Source: an uncultured Nitrospiraceae bacterium
GTDB lineage: Bacteria; Nitrospirota; Nitrospiria; Nitrospirales; Nitrospiraceae
Length of the DNA stretch: 64,000 nucleotides
Direction: 5' to 3'
Assembly (NCBI GenBank): GCA_963706325.1
Contig: CAVPLT010000001.1
Span: 672,001-736,000 of the forward strand
Under the pieces are notes generated by a model, which had not been told where the DNA came from, did not search any database, and saw only the letters and a list, made by a program, of their open reading frames with translations. A program made the position numbers and the translations under genes. Below are positions 1 through 8,192 of the stretch, piece after piece. Numbering within the stretch: position 1 is the stretch's first letter; each line of letters begins with the position of its first letter.

Positions 1-3
1 ATC

Positions 4-468
4 GTGCTCATAGGTGCTTCGGAACTGCAAGCGGCTGCAGGGGGCACCTCGGCGCCGGCGTTCGAATTGGTGACGTTCTCAGGCGAGACGTACAACAACG
101 TAACGCAGAAAGGTCGGCCGTTATTGCTGATTTTCTGGGCACCCTGGTGCAACGTCTGCCAGCGTGACTTACCGCTCCTAAGCGAGTTTTATCAGCGCGA
201 CAAACCGCCTCAGCTCGGTGTGGTCTCGATCGGTTTCGCCGACACCAGAACAAACGTCGAACGCTTTGTGAAAGAGCATGCTCGAACGTTCGTCTATCCG
301 ACGGCGTACGATGAAGATCGATGGGTGGCGCAAGCGTTCAAGGTGAATGCAACTCCAACATACGTGCTTTTGGATGATCGAGGAAGCGTCGTACTAGTTC
401 ACCGAGGAGGAGGAGTACTTCAGAACCCTCAGTTCCGGAGCTTTCTGCAGGCGATGGCCTCTAGCTGA
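4..468 (+). CDS. TlpA/ResA-like thioredoxin-fold disulfide reductase (may be 5' truncated)
   Basis: FWAPWCNVC CxxC motif, APAFEL, and cis-Pro motif ATPT. Confidence 0.85.
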   Translation: MLIGASELQAAAGGTSAPAFELVTFSGETYNNVTQKGRPLLLIFWAPWCNVCQRDLPLLSEFYQRDKPPQLGVVSIGFADTRTNVERFVKEHARTFVYPTAYDEDRWVAQAFKVNATPTYVLLDDRGSVVLVHRGGGVLQNPQFRSFLQAMASS

Positions 469-783
469 GTTAAGTTTTGGATTCGCGGAGGGGTAATCAA
501 CGACGGCTCAGATAATAGAGCACTCAGTGCTCAAATGGTTTTGTGGTTAATCGAAGGGTAAGGCATGTCCGAGCCTTGAGAGTCTGATCTAAGCAGTTTT
601 AACAGTGGCTTGATTTTGCGAGGGTTGCCCCGTTTTTTCTTTTGAATTGAGCGTTTAAGAGCATTCCATAACTTCTACTAGTTCGAACCAATATTGAGCA
701 TTCTGACATTTTTCAGCACAAATCTAGCACACGAAAATGGGGCGAACCCCTGGGGTTTATGCCGAAGGATGACCTATCGATAC

Positions 784-1179
784 TCAGAGACGACCGGTTG
801 CATGTGTGAGTTGAATATCTCCTTCCGTGACAATAACTTCATCCTGAAAGTCTTTGCCATTGGTCACATAGCCAATTTCCTTGTGAAGCTTACTTCCAGA
901 CTGGAACTCGACTTTCACGTCGTAGTGGCTGTCGGCTTTTACCTCATAGAATCCGAAGGCGCTCTTGGTAGGCTGTATTGATTTCAGTTCAATCGTCTGA
1001 CCACACACTAACACGACGGCTCGCGTAATCGTTTCCTTAGCCTTATTGACCAATTTGATCTGCCCCTTGTTCGACGTGCAGGATGCAGTAACAATCCAAA
1101 TTAGTGCAGCACTTACAGCAACCAGGTTAAATCTCATTATTCTGACAATGAACCTGCGGTTTACGAAAACCATATCCAC
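784..1179 (-). CDS. Hypothetical exported protein/lipoprotein (start uncertain)
   Basis: Hydrophobic stretch ending TASC, followed by a beta-rich domain. Confidence 0.55.
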   Translation of the reverse strand: MDMVFVNRRFIVRIMRFNLVAVSAALIWIVTASCTSNKGQIKLVNKAKETITRAVVLVCGQTIELKSIQPTKSAFGFYEVKADSHYDVKVEFQSGSKLHKEIGYVTNGKDFQDEVIVTEGDIQLTHATGRL

Positions 1180-1417
1180 AACAGCCCATCCTCCCCAAAC
1201 CCCCTACTCCACCGAAGGAAAACGAAGCACAGCCCGACAGCTAGCAATTAACTAGGTTGCGCTGAGTTGCGTGGCGAGTGAGGGTTCTGCCTTGAGGAGG
1301 GACACACTCACGGGCACACCAGCACCAGACGGGAGTACGTTGCATTCACTTTAAATAAACGCCTAACTGTGTGCTTTTCGCTTCCACCCCCACCCCCCCT
1401 GGTCACACCCCCCCCCC

Positions 1418-1481
1418 GCCCTCATTGGGTAGGGTCCCAAATTGGAAATGTGCGGTTGAAGCAAAAGTGAGAACACTACCG
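1418..1481 (+). repeat. Non-coding motif, copy 1
   Basis: GCCCTCATTGGGTAGGGTCCC..GGAAATG.GCGGTTGAA..CTACCG; matches 3449-3524. Confidence 0.7.
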
Positions 1482-1789
1482 AGACGTTTCTTAAATTGCG
1501 GGGGAAACAAGAGAATTTTCTGTCACGGAACGGGGTTGGGGGGGGTGTGCATGACAAGTCAAGTATTCGCCGTTTGGGTACGGGAGGGTCTTGAGTGAAA
1601 TAGGACGGCAGTGGACCTAAGACCAACACATAAGACCCCATGTTTCAGTTTTCCAACAAACCGGACGAGCTGTTTCTAGACTTGCTTCATGAAGCCTTGG
1701 ATCACGAATTGAAGCGCGTTTGGACGCCTAAGCCATGACGCCATCCAGCCGGAACGTTAGACTAAAACACGAATCTAGAAAGCAAAGCT

Positions 1790-2125
1790 TCAAGCCTCCT
1801 TTCCTTTAGAAGAACTCTGTTTCATGGCGCGACGAAAGAAATCGCTCGTTGAAATCTTCAATTCTTCCCGAATGTCCCATGTCACTTGTTCCTCGTTCTC
1901 GCGGTAACCTTTCTCTTCGAGGATCTTCCAAATTCTCTTTCCCATGTGGTTGAGAGCAGCATGCTTGCTGTTGTACCGCGTACCAGAACAGAGCGGAATG
2001 CTGATTTCAAAACCAGGGGTATTCGGCGGGACCGCCTCCTCACGAACTGAGCACCGGCTCACGATCCAGTAGTCTTCTTTCCCCTTCTTCCGTACATTCT
2101 CCACCGCGATTACCGCATTGACCAT
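1790..2125 (-). CDS. Hypothetical protein
   Basis: ORF starting MVNAVIAVE with a GAGGGAG RBS upstream. Confidence 0.6.
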   Translation of the reverse strand: MVNAVIAVENVRKKGKEDYWIVSRCSVREEAVPPNTPGFEISIPLCSGTRYNSKHAALNHMGKRIWKILEEKGYRENEEQVTWDIREELKISTSDFFRRAMKQSSSKGKEA

Positions 2126-2180
2126 AAACTTGCACTCCCTCGCTTGATGTTCGTGCACGTGAGATAAACACCGATCTCTG

Positions 2181-2345
2181 TTAAGTCCCAATCGAGCCTG
2201 ACGTATCCGTCACCACCATTGCGTCCAAGGCTTTGAGGTACAGACGAACCATGTCGATCTCATCTGCGTTGAGAGTGGCGCGAGCTGGAGACATGAGCGC
2301 CTCTGCGACACTTGCAAACGCTCGAACTTCGGAGCGAATGGGCAA
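2181..2345 (-). CDS. Small hypothetical protein (54 aa, TTG start; absent from the ORF track)
   Basis: PIRSEVRAFASVAEALMSPARATLNADEIDMVRLYLKAL resembles the C-terminal module of 2716-3330. Confidence 0.5.
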   Translation of the reverse strand: MPIRSEVRAFASVAEALMSPARATLNADEIDMVRLYLKALDAMVVTDTSGSIGT

Positions 2346-2715
2346 TATGGTGGAAGGATCCTTCAGAGGACGGAGTGTACGGAGGGTTCAGGAAGGGAGA
2401 GGATAACCGCAGTCGGAGTATTGCACGCTCTGGCATCTGGAGGGCCTAGGCGTGTACCTAGTATCCGAGAGGGTTCTGACAGACTAGGTAACTCACGTAC
2501 CTGGAGGTCTTGTCGGGAATGCGAGGAAATGTCTCCACCCCGCCTGTTCATGTCAGAATGAACTGAGATATTGTAGCGATGAATGTGCGAAGGCGGTAGA
2601 GGCCGCGAAGGGATACACCGTCCCAGCGTTAAAGAACTGTCCCTGTCAGCATCGAGGGTGCAAGGTGGATTGAGGATGAACCGGTGTTCGCATGTTTGGC
2701 AGAGGGAAATCGGCC

Positions 2716-3330
2716 TCAGTGATATTTGGCCGGGGAAAGGTCGTCGTAGCCATTGCCTGACGAGCCGCACCGTTCGCCAAAGAACTCACTCTTTGCGCAT
2801 TCAGCGACCAGCGAAACGACATAGAACTCGATCATCTCGCATTCCTCATCTTTCAGCGGGTCTCTCGGTGTGTGAGCCAACAAAGTCTCGGATGCTCGGA
2901 TAAACTCTTGAAGCTCCTTTCGCATGCTGTCAGCAGAGCCACTTCTGCCGGCTATTCCGCCAGTTAGACCAGAGTCCCTGGAGATTCTCTCGCATGCCAT
3001 GACGACCTCACGCAACGCCTCTTGCATCACCTCGGTCAGAATCTTCAGTTGCTCTTCTTGGCTCAACTCACAGGGGAGCTGCTCGGACGTGAGTTCTCTC
3101 AGTTGCTCGTGGAGCCGCTCAATGTAACGCGTCTTTGCCGCCGACACTCGCTCTTCAAGAGTCGGTTCACTACTCCCATGGACTTGGTAATGACCCGGAT
3201 AATGGGCATGTTCGGTGAATTCTTGCGACGACATGCCGATTCTGTAACTGCATTTCCGGCAGACATAAGCCCCCGTGAGGTACACCCCACCTACGGTCTC
3301 AAGCTGGTAGTCGTGCTGACAGTTGTCCAC
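2716..3330 (-). CDS. Modular hypothetical protein (Zn-ribbon-like + helical modules)
   Basis: N-terminal CQHDY...CRKC module is shared with 3733-4407. Confidence 0.6.
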   Translation of the reverse strand: MDNCQHDYQLETVGGVYLTGAYVCRKCSYRIGMSSQEFTEHAHYPGHYQVHGSSEPTLEERVSAAKTRYIERLHEQLRELTSEQLPCELSQEEQLKILTEVMQEALREVVMACERISRDSGLTGGIAGRSGSADSMRKELQEFIRASETLLAHTPRDPLKDEECEMIEFYVVSLVAECAKSEFFGERCGSSGNGYDDLSPAKYH

Positions 3331-3448
3331 AGCGCGAAAATGGAGCCATTACTGAATGAGGACAACTAGCGAAATCCCTAGTCTGAAAGTAGCAAGGGGA
3401 CAGCACCCCCCATAGCTGGGCGGCTCGACGCCATCGGTTCACCCTGTG

Positions 3449-3524
3449 GCCCTCATTGGGTCGGGACTCTTGCCGGAAATGACCCGAAATGAGCGGTTAA
3501 AAAAAGGGCCGAAAAGATCTACCG
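3449..3524 (+). repeat. Non-coding motif, copy 2
   Basis: GCCCTCATTGGGTCGGGACTC..GGAAATG..GCGGTTAAA..CTACCG. Confidence 0.7.
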
Positions 3525-3732
3525 GCCTTTCGGGCTATCCGGCGATGGTTAACTAAAGAAGGTGGCAAGAAGTGAATATCCGATACGGCAGAACCCCCCA
3601 CCTATGAAAGACCTTTCAATGTGAAGCCCAATGGGGTCAATCAGAGGTGCCAGACCTAGTGTGAAAAATCTCCTGCCTCTCTCAGCATGATGATCGTGGA
3701 TACTGAAAAGAATTACCATCAAGGATTAACCG

Positions 3733-4407
3733 ATGCCACCCTATTACAAGCAGCCGATACCAGTAGACACGATCCTTTCCAGCACCTCGCCTTTGTGCCC
3801 CGCCGTGGATTGCGATGGGAGAATGCAGATAGATTCTACCTCGAAGCGCACAAAAGGCTCGGGCCTGGCGCGAGTGCAATGTGGCCTGTGCCAGCATCGC
3901 GGCTTTCGATCCCTAGAAGGCGTCCATGTATTGTTTGGAGGACGGCATGAATATGTCTGTGGCTATGGGCCTTCAAGCAGCATCCTGACCATCCGGTTTT
4001 CCGAGAGTGCCTTGAGTCTTTTCCTCGATGCCTATCTGTCGCCCACGGAATCGGCGCTCTATGCGGCCCACTGGGCATTACTGAGGGGACACGTGGCTGG
4101 TAGAGTGAACATGGTCGCTGGCTCCCCTCAGTTTACCGATTGCTATGGGCACTTTTGTCGAGAATACGACGCGCGCTCAATGAACCCCGGTAATCGCGCC
4201 TGCCCACACGACTATGAACTTGAAACGGTGGGCGGCGTCTTTCTCACCGGTGCCTATGTCTGTCGCCTCTGCAGCGGTAGAGCCGGAATGTCACACGACC
4301 AATTCCATCAGCATGCCGACTATCCACGACAGTATCAGGAAAGCAGCAATGGGGAAGACTCAGAGCCCGCCCCCGCTGAGAGAAAAACATCCTCTACGGA
4401 AGTATGA
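3733..4407 (+). CDS. Cys-rich hypothetical protein with Zn-ribbon-like modules
   Basis: CPAVDC..CGLC and CPHDY..CRLC; AAGGA RBS upstream. Confidence 0.6.
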   Translation: MPPYYKQPIPVDTILSSTSPLCPAVDCDGRMQIDSTSKRTKGSGLARVQCGLCQHRGFRSLEGVHVLFGGRHEYVCGYGPSSSILTIRFSESALSLFLDAYLSPTESALYAAHWALLRGHVAGRVNMVAGSPQFTDCYGHFCREYDARSMNPGNRACPHDYELETVGGVFLTGAYVCRLCSGRAGMSHDQFHQHADYPRQYQESSNGEDSEPAPAERKTSSTEV

Positions 4408-4595
4408 TTTGGGGCGCAACGTGATTTCCTTCCCTTCCTCAGACCCAAACAAGACGATGAATGAGCTACTGAAAAACGTTGCTCAACAACATCACCCCAC
4501 TGTTCTCGCTGACCGCTAAATCCAGTGTCGTCTATGGCTGCGCACTCGTCTTGATCATCGGTCTTGTTCGTCGGGCGGTGTCCTGTTGCATTGGT

Positions 4596-6062
4596 TTAAC
4601 TGTTTGGAATTTCCATCCGGGAGTGTCGTAATCGTTCTCCCTCGGCTCGCTGCTCCTCCAGCAGCTTATAGGCAATATAGTACTTGTAGATGTTGGCGAC
4701 ATAGGTGACTGTCTCTTCACCGATCCGTTGCGCGGCGATGATTTCGACATTGTTGAACCAGACGTTTGGGTCGAGCCCGCGCTTTTTCGCTTCTTTCCGG
4801 AGTTTCTGAACGCGTCCCGGCCCGGCGTTATAGGCAGCGAATGAAAACAGAATCTTGTTGCGCGCGTCCATTGGCTCGTGCCCAAAGAATTGGTCCTGCA
4901 ATAAACGGATGTACTTGATGCCCGCGTGGATGTTTGGTTCAAGCTGCGTAATGTCGCCGGTGTTCATCTCGTTGCCGGTGGCAGGCATTAGCTGCATCAC
5001 GCCGACCGCACCGACGTCACTTCTGGCGTTCTGATCGAGCAGGGATTCTTGGTAGCCCTGGGCGACCAGCAACAAATAGTCCATGTCATACTGGGTGCCA
5101 TACTTCCGAAAATACTCGACCGTCCCCTGAAACTTCTTGATTTCGCCTGCCGAGGTCGCCTGTTTCACAATTCGCGGATTGCCGGCGTATTTGCTGACCA
5201 GAGTCTTTCCGAAGTCTGATTTCTGGCCATACTGTTGGGCGAACGCGGCAATCTCCGCTTTTAACTTCGGGCTGTCTTTGCGGATCATCCAGGCAAAGTC
5301 GCCTCCCTTATTGACCACCACATCTTCGTGCGGTTTGAGCTTCTTGAACACTTTCGCCCACAGCAGGGCTTGGTACCGGTCGACGACGACGATGCCGACA
5401 AGCCCGGCGTTCACCATTTCCAGCAAGTCATCGTCCTGGAGATCCTCCGGCGCGGTCTTGAGCGTTACGGGCGGCTTGTGCTCTTGAGCGAAGCGTTCGT
5501 TGAGATGCTCCAGGTGAGTCCAGAAACTCGACGACTTGCGAACGAACACCTGATTGCCCGAAAGATCGTCGACGGAGGCCAGCGCGGGAGAGGCCGGTCC
5601 CGTCACCGCGATTTCCCTGACGCCGCGAAAGAACGGCTCGCCAAAATCGACCTGTCCAAGGCGCTCCGGTGTGACGGTCAAGAGACCCGCCGCGATATCG
5701 CCGCGTCCCTCAAGCAATCCCGGGATCAGTTGTTCCCGCGACGTGGGGATAAAGACCACATGAATACGGATGTGTTTGGCATGCTTCTGGTACTGATTGT
5801 TGATTTCTGCCTGGAAGGCCTTGAGGAGTTCATATTCGGCGCCGGTCTGCCGAGCCCCGTTCAGCCAGTACGATGTGCGAGATGGCGCCACCAGCGCGCG
5901 AATGATGCGGCGCTGGACCATCCCGTCGAGATCCCCCTTCCACGGCTTAAAAATCGGAGGCGTTATCAGCGCAGGATGGTTTGGCGATTCGTTATCTTGT
6001 GCGAAGGCGGGAAGGGTCAGAACGGTGCAGAGGTGCAGGAGAACCAAAAGAGCATGCTTCAT
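4596..6062 (-). CDS. mltF: MltF-like lytic transglycosylase (periplasmic binding domain + SLT)
   Basis: Signal peptide, SBP_bac_3-like region, SLT motifs YQES, GVMQLMP, AAYNAG, ETVTYV. Confidence 0.88.
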   Translation of the reverse strand: MKHALLVLLHLCTVLTLPAFAQDNESPNHPALITPPIFKPWKGDLDGMVQRRIIRALVAPSRTSYWLNGARQTGAEYELLKAFQAEINNQYQKHAKHIRIHVVFIPTSREQLIPGLLEGRGDIAAGLLTVTPERLGQVDFGEPFFRGVREIAVTGPASPALASVDDLSGNQVFVRKSSSFWTHLEHLNERFAQEHKPPVTLKTAPEDLQDDDLLEMVNAGLVGIVVVDRYQALLWAKVFKKLKPHEDVVVNKGGDFAWMIRKDSPKLKAEIAAFAQQYGQKSDFGKTLVSKYAGNPRIVKQATSAGEIKKFQGTVEYFRKYGTQYDMDYLLLVAQGYQESLLDQNARSDVGAVGVMQLMPATGNEMNTGDITQLEPNIHAGIKYIRLLQDQFFGHEPMDARNKILFSFAAYNAGPGRVQKLRKEAKKRGLDPNVWFNNVEIIAAQRIGEETVTYVANIYKYYIAYKLLEEQRAEGERLRHSRMEIPNS

Positions 6063-6080
6063 TGGAATCCCCCACATTTT

Positions 6081-6119
6081 TAGAAGATCAACCTTTGTTT
6101 CGTTATCTGTAAGAATCAT
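6081..6119 (-). pseudogene. 13-codon N-terminal relic of a KAP P-loop NTPase (QatA-like)
   Basis: MILTDNETKVDLL matches my recollection of the QatA/KAP NTPase N-terminus; not verified by search. Confidence 0.55.
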
Positions 6120-6654
6120 GGTCAATCCCTAATCACCCCTTGGTAGCTCCATGTGATTGTCTGTTTAGAAAATATGCCAAAATGGTTTAAAGAGTATTGC
6201 AATGCACGCGGCAATCAGCATGCTTCAGCGGAGGGCGACTGGGTTGATTGCCAACCAAAATAATCTGTCCGTCTTCAAAGATCTCTGTTCAGTAAATGAG
6301 TGCAGATTATTGTTCCGCCCTGCTTCAAATGGCTTCGGGCAAGACATATTTGGCAAATGTCAGCTTGGGAGATCATAAGAGGTGGGCAAAATATATTTCT
6401 TTTACCCTACAAGAACAACCACTAATTCGTACTTCCGCTGGGTTATAGAATGCCAAAATGTAAGATATGCAGCCATGAGCGCACCAAAGCGCGCTTGAGC
6501 ATATCTATGCCTACTTCCCTTCTCTTTTCTCCTCGCTGATAATTTGTCCTCCCATGTCCCCTGCTGGCCCTTACTGGACTCTCGTGGGTACTTTACTTAC
6601 TACTTGCCGTTCACATAGGTTCGGAGAACGCGAAGCAACAGCCAGGAGGAAGCT

Positions 6655-6819
6655 ATGACACCGCAATGGGAGCCCTGTTCGGAGCAATACGTTCGTCCTT
6701 GGATTGGCGGCAAAGCCGGTCCGCGCCGCCTGCCGATAGGCAGGGGCGCGGACCGGAATGGCCCCCGTCTTGGTAACACGGGGGCGCTACCTACAGCGCT
6801 CCTTACAGGAGGTCGATAG
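6655..6819 (+). CDS. Small ORF (54 aa) spanning the putative origin
   Basis: Strong AGGAGG RBS; MTPQWEPC...PRLGNTG...GGR*. Confidence 0.4.
   Translation: MTPQWEPCSEQYVRPWIGGKAGPRRLPIGRGADRNGPRLGNTGALPTALLTGGR
6716..6785 (+). other. Putative nick-site origin (dso/oriT) hairpins
   Basis: Long GC hairpin 6716-6756, then GCCCCCGT-cttggtaac-ACGGGGGC at 6761-6785, resembling the ICEBs1-type nic hairpin. Confidence 0.65.
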
Positions 6820-6824
6820 GTTCC

Positions 6825-7835
6825 ATGGATTCTGCATTCACTCTCTCCATTGATTGGTTGGCCTTTACGGTCCTGGCCAGCAATCCTCAAGAGACGATGA
6901 ATATGCTTGGGGGAGAGTGGGGCAGGGCGAAAGGTGGCTTTCGAGGCTATCCCCTGTGCTGGATCAAATCGGACGGACTGCATGGTGTCGGAAAACTGGG
7001 GACCAATGCGCCACGTCGTCCGAATGAAATCCATGTCGATCTCTCCGGCGGCCTGGTATCCGCTCTGACGCTCGATGAAGTTCGTACATTACTCAAATGG
7101 GTCCATGCCCAGCAGGGGCATGTGACTCGAATTGATTGCGCGCTGGATGATCGAGGCGCGACTGTCCCTGTCGCAACGGTCCGAGAGGCTGTGTCAGCCG
7201 GTCAGTGTGTCACACGATCCACACAGGTCCGACATATTGCCTCCAACATGACCCACGGCACCGGCGCCAGTACTGGCGAGACCCTCTATTTCGGCAGTCC
7301 GCAAAGTCAGACCCTCCTTCGGATTTATGATAAACGCCTAGAGATGCAGAGCAAAGAGCGGGAGAACTGGCAGGACTATGGAGTTCGGTGGGAATTGGAA
7401 CTCAAGAAGGATCGAGCGGAACAGTGTGCCAGAGCCTTAGCCTCGTTGGATGAATCTGACTGGAAGGAATTTGTGGTCGGACTGCTCCGATCCTATGTGG
7501 ATTTCCGACAGATCACGAAAGAGACGGAAGACGAAGATCGTTACCGGGCTCCTATGTTGGAGTGGTACGCCCTCCTGACGGAGGGATTTCAGAAGGGCCG
7601 ATTAGCCCAGGAGAAGCAGGTGCAGACCCTGCAGAATGTGAAACGATGGGTGAGCCACGCCCTGACGCCATTGCTGGCGGTCATTTGTGCCACCCCTGGA
7701 GGGGAAGAATGGCTACAGCACGAAATTGTCAGGGGCATTGCCCGGTGGAAGGACCGACACCGGAATTTGCTCAAACAGCCACCCAATCGGTTTCACACTG
7801 GAGCTGCCGGCGGGAACGCGGGCAGCCCATGTTAG
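6825..7835 (+). CDS. Replication initiation factor / relaxase, Rep_trans family
   Basis: Motifs IDWLAFT, TRIDCALD, TLYFGS, RIYDK, RWELELK; AGGAGG RBS. Confidence 0.92.
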   Translation: MDSAFTLSIDWLAFTVLASNPQETMNMLGGEWGRAKGGFRGYPLCWIKSDGLHGVGKLGTNAPRRPNEIHVDLSGGLVSALTLDEVRTLLKWVHAQQGHVTRIDCALDDRGATVPVATVREAVSAGQCVTRSTQVRHIASNMTHGTGASTGETLYFGSPQSQTLLRIYDKRLEMQSKERENWQDYGVRWELELKKDRAEQCARALASLDESDWKEFVVGLLRSYVDFRQITKETEDEDRYRAPMLEWYALLTEGFQKGRLAQEKQVQTLQNVKRWVSHALTPLLAVICATPGGEEWLQHEIVRGIARWKDRHRNLLKQPPNRFHTGAAGGNAGSPC

Positions 7836-7877
7836 GGGGACTGGGGGTGTCGTCAGACTCCCCCGGTGATCTGCATC

Positions 7878-8192
7878 ATGCTTACAGTCAAAGAGCTTTC
7901 GGCTTGGCTCAACATCAAGTCGTCCACACTCTATCTCTGGGTCTCACAGAACAAGATTCCGTGCCGTCGCATTCATGGGCTCATCCGATTCGAACCTGAG
8001 GCCATACAAGCCTGGCTGAACACCTTCGGAAAGGCTTCAGGCAAGCCGCTCCTCTTCCACACTCGCCATGGCAGCCGTGACCTCGACCAGCTCATTGAAG
8101 CCGCCAAACGTGAGGTCTATACTCCCCGCCACGGGGAAACCAGACCAACAGCGAGCCCTCATGGAAAGGAGAGCAACGATGGGGCTCGTTAA
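7878..8192 (+). CDS. Excisionase-like HTH DNA-binding protein
   Basis: MLTVKELSAWLNIKSSTLYLWVSQNKIP..RF (HTH_17 pattern). Confidence 0.88.
   Translation: MLTVKELSAWLNIKSSTLYLWVSQNKIPCRRIHGLIRFEPEAIQAWLNTFGKASGKPLLFHTRHGSRDLDQLIEAAKREVYTPRHGETRPTASPHGKESNDGAR

Noticed and set aside
518..532. Palindrome GAGCACT-C-AGTGCTC as a CIRCE element
   Set aside because: Lacks the 9-nt spacer and TTAG ends, and no heat-shock gene follows
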